44,492 nucleotides of DNA from Verrucomicrobiota bacterium (GTDB lineage: Bacteria > Verrucomicrobiota > Verrucomicrobiia > Limisphaerales > JBEHZA01), in NCBI GenBank assembly GCA_048497895.1, contig JBEHZA010000002.1, forward strand, positions 1-44,492, given 5' to 3'. This document shows positions 39,815-44,492 of the stretch, one piece after another (positions within the stretch are counted from its first letter, which is position 1; every line of letters starts with the position of its first letter). The position numbers and the translations under genes are program-made. The notes beneath the pieces are model-generated. The model made no database searches, had not been told where the DNA came from, and saw only the letters and a program-made list of their open reading frames with translations.

Positions 39815-40441
39815 TTAGTCCTGATTCAGGCGTTGGCCAACTTGTTCAAACGCGCTGCGAGTGAACACCAGCTTGTCGCTGCGCAAGATTTCGTAGGTAT
39901 TCAGGTTTTCGCCCGTGGCGATTTCCACTTTCTCGATGTTGCGCGCAGCCAGAAGAAGATTCTTCTCGACAGCACTGGCCACCAGCAAAGTCGTACCCTT
40001 GAGTTCGAGCGCCGCCAGAATGGCAACCAATTCCTTGGTCTTCGGCGTGCTGAGCTTCAAGTCGTCCACGATCAGCACATCCCCGGCTTTCAAACGCTCA
40101 CTCAGCGCCTTGCGCAAGGCAAGCTGCTTGGTGGATTTGGAAACCTTCTTGGAGAAATCACGCGGTTTCGGACCGAACACCACACCACCGCCACGCCAAA
40201 GCGGCGAGGCGAAGGAACCGGCGCGAGCGCGACCAGTGCCCTTTTGGCGCCAGGGTTTCTTATTGGTGCCGTTGACATCGCCAACGTTCTTGGTGCAAGC
40301 CGTGCCGCTGCGTTGAGCCGCCCGATAGGCGACCACGGTATCATGAACGGCCTGGGTGCCTTTCCCGTTTTCAATGAGCTGGAAATTGACATCCAGTTCA
40401 CCCTGGCTTTTGCCCTTAATATCTTTAACTGTGAGCTTCAT
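39815..40441 (-). CDS. rplD: 50S ribosomal protein L4
   Basis: [27 protein letters not shown]. Confidence 0.97.
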   Translation of the reverse strand: MKLTVKDIKGKSQGELDVNFQLIENGKGTQAVHDTVVAYRAAQRSGTACTKNVGDVNGTNKKPWRQKGTGRARAGSFASPLWRGGGVVFGPKPRDFSKKVSKSTKQLALRKALSERLKAGDVLIVDDLKLSTPKTKELVAILAALELKGTTLLVASAVEKNLLLAARNIEKVEIATGENLNTYEILRSDKLVFTRSAFEQVGQRLNQD

Positions 40442-40456
40442 CGGAATTCTTCCTGA

Positions 40457-41110
40457 TTACTTCTTGGCAGCCGCAGCAGCCTTAGGGTTCTTCTTGGATT
40501 CACGGATGACGACGTAATCGCCCTTTGCGCCCGGAATCGCACCTTTGATCAATAAAACATTGTCCGCTTCACGAACCTGCACGACTTGCAGATTCTGCGT
40601 GGTGCGGCGCACCTGGCCCATGTGACCGGGCATCTTCATCCCGCGCATAACCGTGCCGGGGAACAAGCGCTGACCGATCGCGCCAGAGCGGCGATGCCAG
40701 CCTTTAGCACCGTGGGTCGAATCACCACCGGCGAACCGATGACGCTTAACGACACCTTCAAAACCGCGGCCTTTGGTGACGCCAATCGCGTCCACATAAT
40801 CACCGGCGGCAAAAATGTTCACTCCGACGACGTCGCCGGGTTTGACATCCAGCGTGAAGTCGCGAAATTCGCGGACCTGCTTGACCGCTTTCGAGCCACC
40901 TTTTTTGAAGTGACCGAGCAACGGCTTCGTCACGCGGCTTTCCTTCTGATCAGCGAAACCGAGCTGAACGGCATTGTAGCCGTCGCTTTCCACCGTTTTG
41001 CGCTGGATAACCCGGTTCGGGCCAGCCAATACGACGGTCACTGACACAGCGTTACCCGCCGCATCATACACGCGGGTTTGTCCAATTTTTTTTCCGAGCA
41101 AGCCTATCAT
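40457..41110 (-). CDS. rplC: 50S ribosomal protein L3
   Basis: GKKIG.T, KGRGFEG, KMPGHMG, KGAIPG; ATG at 41110. Confidence 0.97.
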   Translation of the reverse strand: MIGLLGKKIGQTRVYDAAGNAVSVTVVLAGPNRVIQRKTVESDGYNAVQLGFADQKESRVTKPLLGHFKKGGSKAVKQVREFRDFTLDVKPGDVVGVNIFAAGDYVDAIGVTKGRGFEGVVKRHRFAGGDSTHGAKGWHRRSGAIGQRLFPGTVMRGMKMPGHMGQVRRTTQNLQVVQVREADNVLLIKGAIPGAKGDYVVIRESKKNPKAAAAAKK

Positions 41111-41115
41111 AAAAC

Positions 41116-41424
41116 TCAAATCTTGATGGTAATGTCCACCCCGGCCGGGAGGTTCAGTTTCTTCAATTCATCGACAGTTTTTGCCGTGGGGTCGATAATG
41201 TCCAGCAGACGCTTGTGGGTGCGTTGCTCGAAAGTTTCCTGGGACTTTTTGTCAGCGTGAGGGGAGCGCAGTACCGTGAAGCGTTCCACGCGAGTCGGCA
41301 GCGGAATGGGGCCCGCGACGCGAGCACCGGTGCGTTTGACGGTCTCCACGATGTCGTGGGCCGATTGATCGATCACCCGGTGATCGTACGCCTTTAAGCG
41401 GATGCGAATTCGTTGTCCAGCCAT
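41116..41424 (-). CDS. rpsJ: 30S ribosomal protein S10
   Basis: [26 protein letters not shown]. Confidence 0.98.
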   Translation of the reverse strand: MAGQRIRIRLKAYDHRVIDQSAHDIVETVKRTGARVAGPIPLPTRVERFTVLRSPHADKKSQETFEQRTHKRLLDIIDPTAKTVDELKKLNLPAGVDITIKI

Positions 41425-41453
41425 AAGAAAGAACAGTTAATCGGTTTACGTTG

Positions 41454-43637
41454 TTATGAGCGCGCCGCCGGTTTTTTCGCCGCCGCGTCCAAAATTGTTG
41501 TCAAAACACTATTCGGCACTTGTTCGAACGTGGAGGGTTCCATGGAATAGGAAGCCCGTCCCTTCGACAGCGAGCGAATCGCCGTCGCATAGCCGAACAT
41601 TTCTGCCAGAGGCACCTTCGCATTCAGAATGGTCTGACCATTCTTCGCATCAATGCCGTTGATCACACCACGGCGACGGTTAATGTCACCGAGCAGATCA
41701 CCCTGATATTCATCCGGGGTGGTCACTTCCACCTTCATGATCGGTTCCAACAGAATGGGACCGGCCTTTTTGAAGGCTTCTTTCAGCGCGAAAATACCAG
41801 CCATCTTAAACGCTAACTCGTTAGAGTCAACTTCGTGGAATGAACCGTCGATGACGTTCGCTTTGAGATCGATAACCTGGTAGCCGGCGTAAACACCGCT
41901 ACGGATGGCTTCTTCGATGCCGTTGATGACCGCCGGGACATATTCCTTCGGAATCGCGCCGCCGACAATCTTATTATTGATCTCAATGCCTTTACCGGGT
42001 TCATTAGGCTCAATCGTGATCACTGCGTGACCATATTGACCACGACCACCCGATTGGCGAATGAATTTGCCTTCACCTTCAGCTGCCTTCGTAATCGTTT
42101 CACGATAAGCGATTTGCGGCGCGCCGGAATTGGCTTCGACTTTAAATTCGCGTTTGAGACGGTCGCAAATGATTTCCAAATGCAACTCACCCATCCCCGC
42201 GATAATTAATTGACCGGTCTCTTCGTTGGTGAAGCAACGGAAGGTCGGATCTTCTTCCGCCAGACGTTGCAGACCTTCGCCCATCTTGTCGCGGTCAGCC
42301 TTCGTCTTCGGCTCAACTGCCATGCTGATCACCGGTTCAGGGAACGTCGGCGGTTCGAGCATCACGTCGAAATCTTCATTACAGAGGGTGTCACCCGTAG
42401 TAATGTTACGCAGACCCACCAGAGCCGCGATATCACCCGAGTAAGCAACTTCCACGTCTTTGCGTTCGCTGCCTTGAATAACCATCAAGCGGCTGACGCG
42501 TTCACGTCTGCGCGTGCGGGGATTATAAATCGTGTCACCCTTCTTCAAGGCACCGGTATAAACGCGGAAGAAAACGAGCTTGCCCGCGTATGGGTCGGTC
42601 CAAAGTTTGAAAGCCAAGGAGCAAAACTTGTTATTGTCATCCGGCTCAACTGCCACCTGGTCTGCAGTGCCCGGGACGTGACCGGTTGCCGCCGGAATGT
42701 CCAGCGGAGAAGGCAGATAGTCCACCACCGCGTCGATCAAAACCTGAACACCTTTTTTCTTAAAGGCTGAACCGCACAGCACGGGAACCAGTTCAATTTT
42801 GCAGGTCAAACGGCGAATCGCATTCTTCAGCGTGACCGCATCAATCGGCTTCTCTTCGATCACTAATTCAGCAATCGTATCGTCTTTATTAGAAACCGCT
42901 TCGATCAATTCCTGCAAAGCATCCGCGGCCTTTTCCTTCAGGTCAGCCGGAATTTCTTTGGTTTCGTACTTCAAACCTTCGTTCGTTACGTCACCAGGGC
43001 CCCAAACGATCGCCTTCTGGTTCACCACGTCGATCACGCCGGCAAAATTATCTTCCGCACCGATCGGCAGGAAAATCGGGAACGCGTAAGCATTGAGCTT
43101 CTTACGCATGTCATTCAAAGCGTTTTCAAAATTCGCGCCAGTACGGTCCATCTTGTTGACGAACGCGATCCGGGGAACTTTATATTTGGTCGCCTGACGC
43201 CAAACCGTTTCCGATTGCGGCTGAACCCCAGCCACACCGCAGAACACAGCGACAGCACCGTCCAAAACCCGCATGGAACGTTCGACTTCCGCCGTGAAAT
43301 CCACGTGACCCGGAGTGTCGATAATATTGATCCGGTGCGGGATAGCCGAATACAATTTGGTCAGACTTTCTTCCTTCTTCTGAGTCCAGAAGCAGGTGAC
43401 AGCAGCCGAAGTGATCGTGATGCCGCGCTCGCGTTCCTGCTCCATCCAGTCGGTGACGGTATTGCCGTCATCAACGTCACCGATCTTATGAATAAGACCG
43501 GTGTAGAAGAGGATACGCTCCGTGGTCGTGGTCTTGCCGGCGTCAATGTGGGCCGCAATACCAATATTGCGGGTCCGCTCCATCGTATATTGACGGTTCG
43601 GCGAGTTGATCGCTTTATTTTCTGCTACAGCTTCCAT
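41454..43637 (-). CDS. fusA: Elongation factor G
   Basis: [48 protein letters not shown]. Confidence 0.98.
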   Translation of the reverse strand: MEAVAENKAINSPNRQYTMERTRNIGIAAHIDAGKTTTTERILFYTGLIHKIGDVDDGNTVTDWMEQERERGITITSAAVTCFWTQKKEESLTKLYSAIPHRINIIDTPGHVDFTAEVERSMRVLDGAVAVFCGVAGVQPQSETVWRQATKYKVPRIAFVNKMDRTGANFENALNDMRKKLNAYAFPIFLPIGAEDNFAGVIDVVNQKAIVWGPGDVTNEGLKYETKEIPADLKEKAADALQELIEAVSNKDDTIAELVIEEKPIDAVTLKNAIRRLTCKIELVPVLCGSAFKKKGVQVLIDAVVDYLPSPLDIPAATGHVPGTADQVAVEPDDNNKFCSLAFKLWTDPYAGKLVFFRVYTGALKKGDTIYNPRTRRRERVSRLMVIQGSERKDVEVAYSGDIAALVGLRNITTGDTLCNEDFDVMLEPPTFPEPVISMAVEPKTKADRDKMGEGLQRLAEEDPTFRCFTNEETGQLIIAGMGELHLEIICDRLKREFKVEANSGAPQIAYRETITKAAEGEGKFIRQSGGRGQYGHAVITIEPNEPGKGIEINNKIVGGAIPKEYVPAVINGIEEAIRSGVYAGYQVIDLKANVIDGSFHEVDSNELAFKMAGIFALKEAFKKAGPILLEPIMKVEVTTPDEYQGDLLGDINRRRGVINGIDAKNGQTILNAKVPLAEMFGYATAIRSLSKGRASYSMEPSTFEQVPNSVLTTILDAAAKKPAARS

Positions 43638-43653
43638 CTGATTTCTTAGAGAC

Positions 43654-43689
43654 TAAAAGCGCCCCGTCGACATCGGCCTTCGGGGCGCT
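43654..43689 (-). other. Intergenic hairpin between rpsG and fusA
   Basis: 9-bp stem AGCGCCCCG (43658-43666) / CGGGGCGCT (43681-43689) with a short U-run downstream on the minus strand. Confidence 0.6.
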
Positions 43690-43706
43690 AAATTAAACCG
43701 CAAAAA

Positions 43707-44180
43707 CTACCACCGGAAATGGGCGAAGGCCTTATTGGCCTGGGCCATCTTATGCACTTCGTCACGCTTACGAATCGCACTCCCCTGCCCTTGATAGGCT
43801 TCGAGGATTTCAGCCGCCAGCGCTTCACGCATCGGCATGCCCTTGCGATTATCAGCATTTTCCACCAGCCAACGCATGGCCAGCGAGAGCTGACGATCCA
43901 CTGTCACTTCGACAGGAACCTGATAAGTGGCACCGCCCACGCGGCGGGCTTTGACTTCCAGGCGGGGCTTGGCGTTATCCACCGCGCGCTGCAAAATTTC
44001 CAGCGGGTTGGAGTTGGCCTGCTTTTCCGCAATCTGGTCGAACGCGCCGTAAACGATGCGTTGAGCCGTGGTCTTGTTACCGCCCTGCATGACGGTGTTC
44101 ACAAGCCGCGAAACGAGCGTGCTCTGAAACTTGCCATCCGCCAGGAGCGGCCTTTTAGTTGCTTGACGACGTCGAGACAT
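43707..44180 (-). CDS. rpsG: 30S ribosomal protein S7
   Basis: EVKARRVGGATYQVP, HKMAQANKAFAH. Confidence 0.98.
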   Translation of the reverse strand: MSRRRQATKRPLLADGKFQSTLVSRLVNTVMQGGNKTTAQRIVYGAFDQIAEKQANSNPLEILQRAVDNAKPRLEVKARRVGGATYQVPVEVTVDRQLSLAMRWLVENADNRKGMPMREALAAEILEAYQGQGSAIRKRDEVHKMAQANKAFAHFRW

Positions 44181-44190
44181 ATCAAATTAA

Positions 44191-44451
44191 TTATTTAGCA
44201 CCTTTAGCGGCGGCAGCTTTGGGGCGTTTCACGCCATACTTGGAACGGCTGACACGGCGTTTTTCAACCCCCGCGGCATCCAACGTCCCGCGGACGATGT
44301 GATAGCGCACACCCGGCAAATCTTTTACCCGGCCGCCACGAACGAGAACGATCGAGTGTTCCTGAAGGTTGTGACCTTCGTCAGGAATGTAGGCGATCAC
44401 TTCGTAACCGTTGGTTAACCGGATCTTGGCGACCTTACGCATAGCCGAGTT
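44191..44451 (-). CDS. rpsL: 30S ribosomal protein S12, C-terminal portion only
   Basis: [42 protein letters not shown]. Homology stops at 44451, 41 nt before the window end. Confidence 0.93.
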   Translation of the reverse strand, partial: NSAMRKVAKIRLTNGYEVIAYIPDEGHNLQEHSIVLVRGGRVKDLPGVRYHIVRGTLDAAGVEKRRVSRSKYGVKRPKAAAAKGAK

Positions 44452-44492
44452 TTCATCCGCTCCGCGAAATCCCGTATCCGGATTCCGTCGCG

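Noticed and set aside
27319-40456. Long plus-strand ORFs opposite rpoA, rplB and rplD (265, 345 and 207 aa)
   Set aside because: Antisense shadows of highly biased genes, with no domain motifs.
44449-44492. Intein C-terminus (Asn followed by Ser) in S12
   Set aside because: GFRGADEN lacks the hydrophobic block G and penultimate His, and the Asn is explained as the native residue of PNSA.

Overview
A bacterial chromosomal window, most likely Verrucomicrobiota/PVC. This is inferred from the DUF1549/1553-DUF1501 pair, the DUF1080, PQQ-propeller and Tat-NIPSNAP genes, and the rpsG-fusA-rpsJ order without tuf. Positions 1-26.6 kb hold housekeeping and PVC-type periplasmic genes: a hybrid histidine kinase, ffh, hydrolases, a Gre-like factor, a SEL1 protein, rodZ-like/rimO/pgsA/pgpA, gnd, a HAD hydrolase, DAHP synthase and an MFS transporter. 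Positions 26.7-44.5 kb hold a fused str-S10-spc-alpha ribosomal super-operon on the minus strand, lacking tuf, rpmD and adk and ending in a UUCG terminator. No transposase, integrase, CRISPR array, tRNA or rRNA was recognised. Most notable: (1) a four-helix-bundle (23S-IVP/Avd-like) gene bracketed by nested long-range inverted repeats built from 7-mers, with a competing local hairpin, i.e. an IVS-like cassette inside an mRNA; (2) rpsL homology breaks at the conserved KKP|NSA decoding loop and is replaced by a hairpin sequence at the window edge; (3) a TatA-like N-terminus fused to PgpA; (4) a divergent IF-1; (5) a Gre-like gene directly behind an intrinsic terminator.
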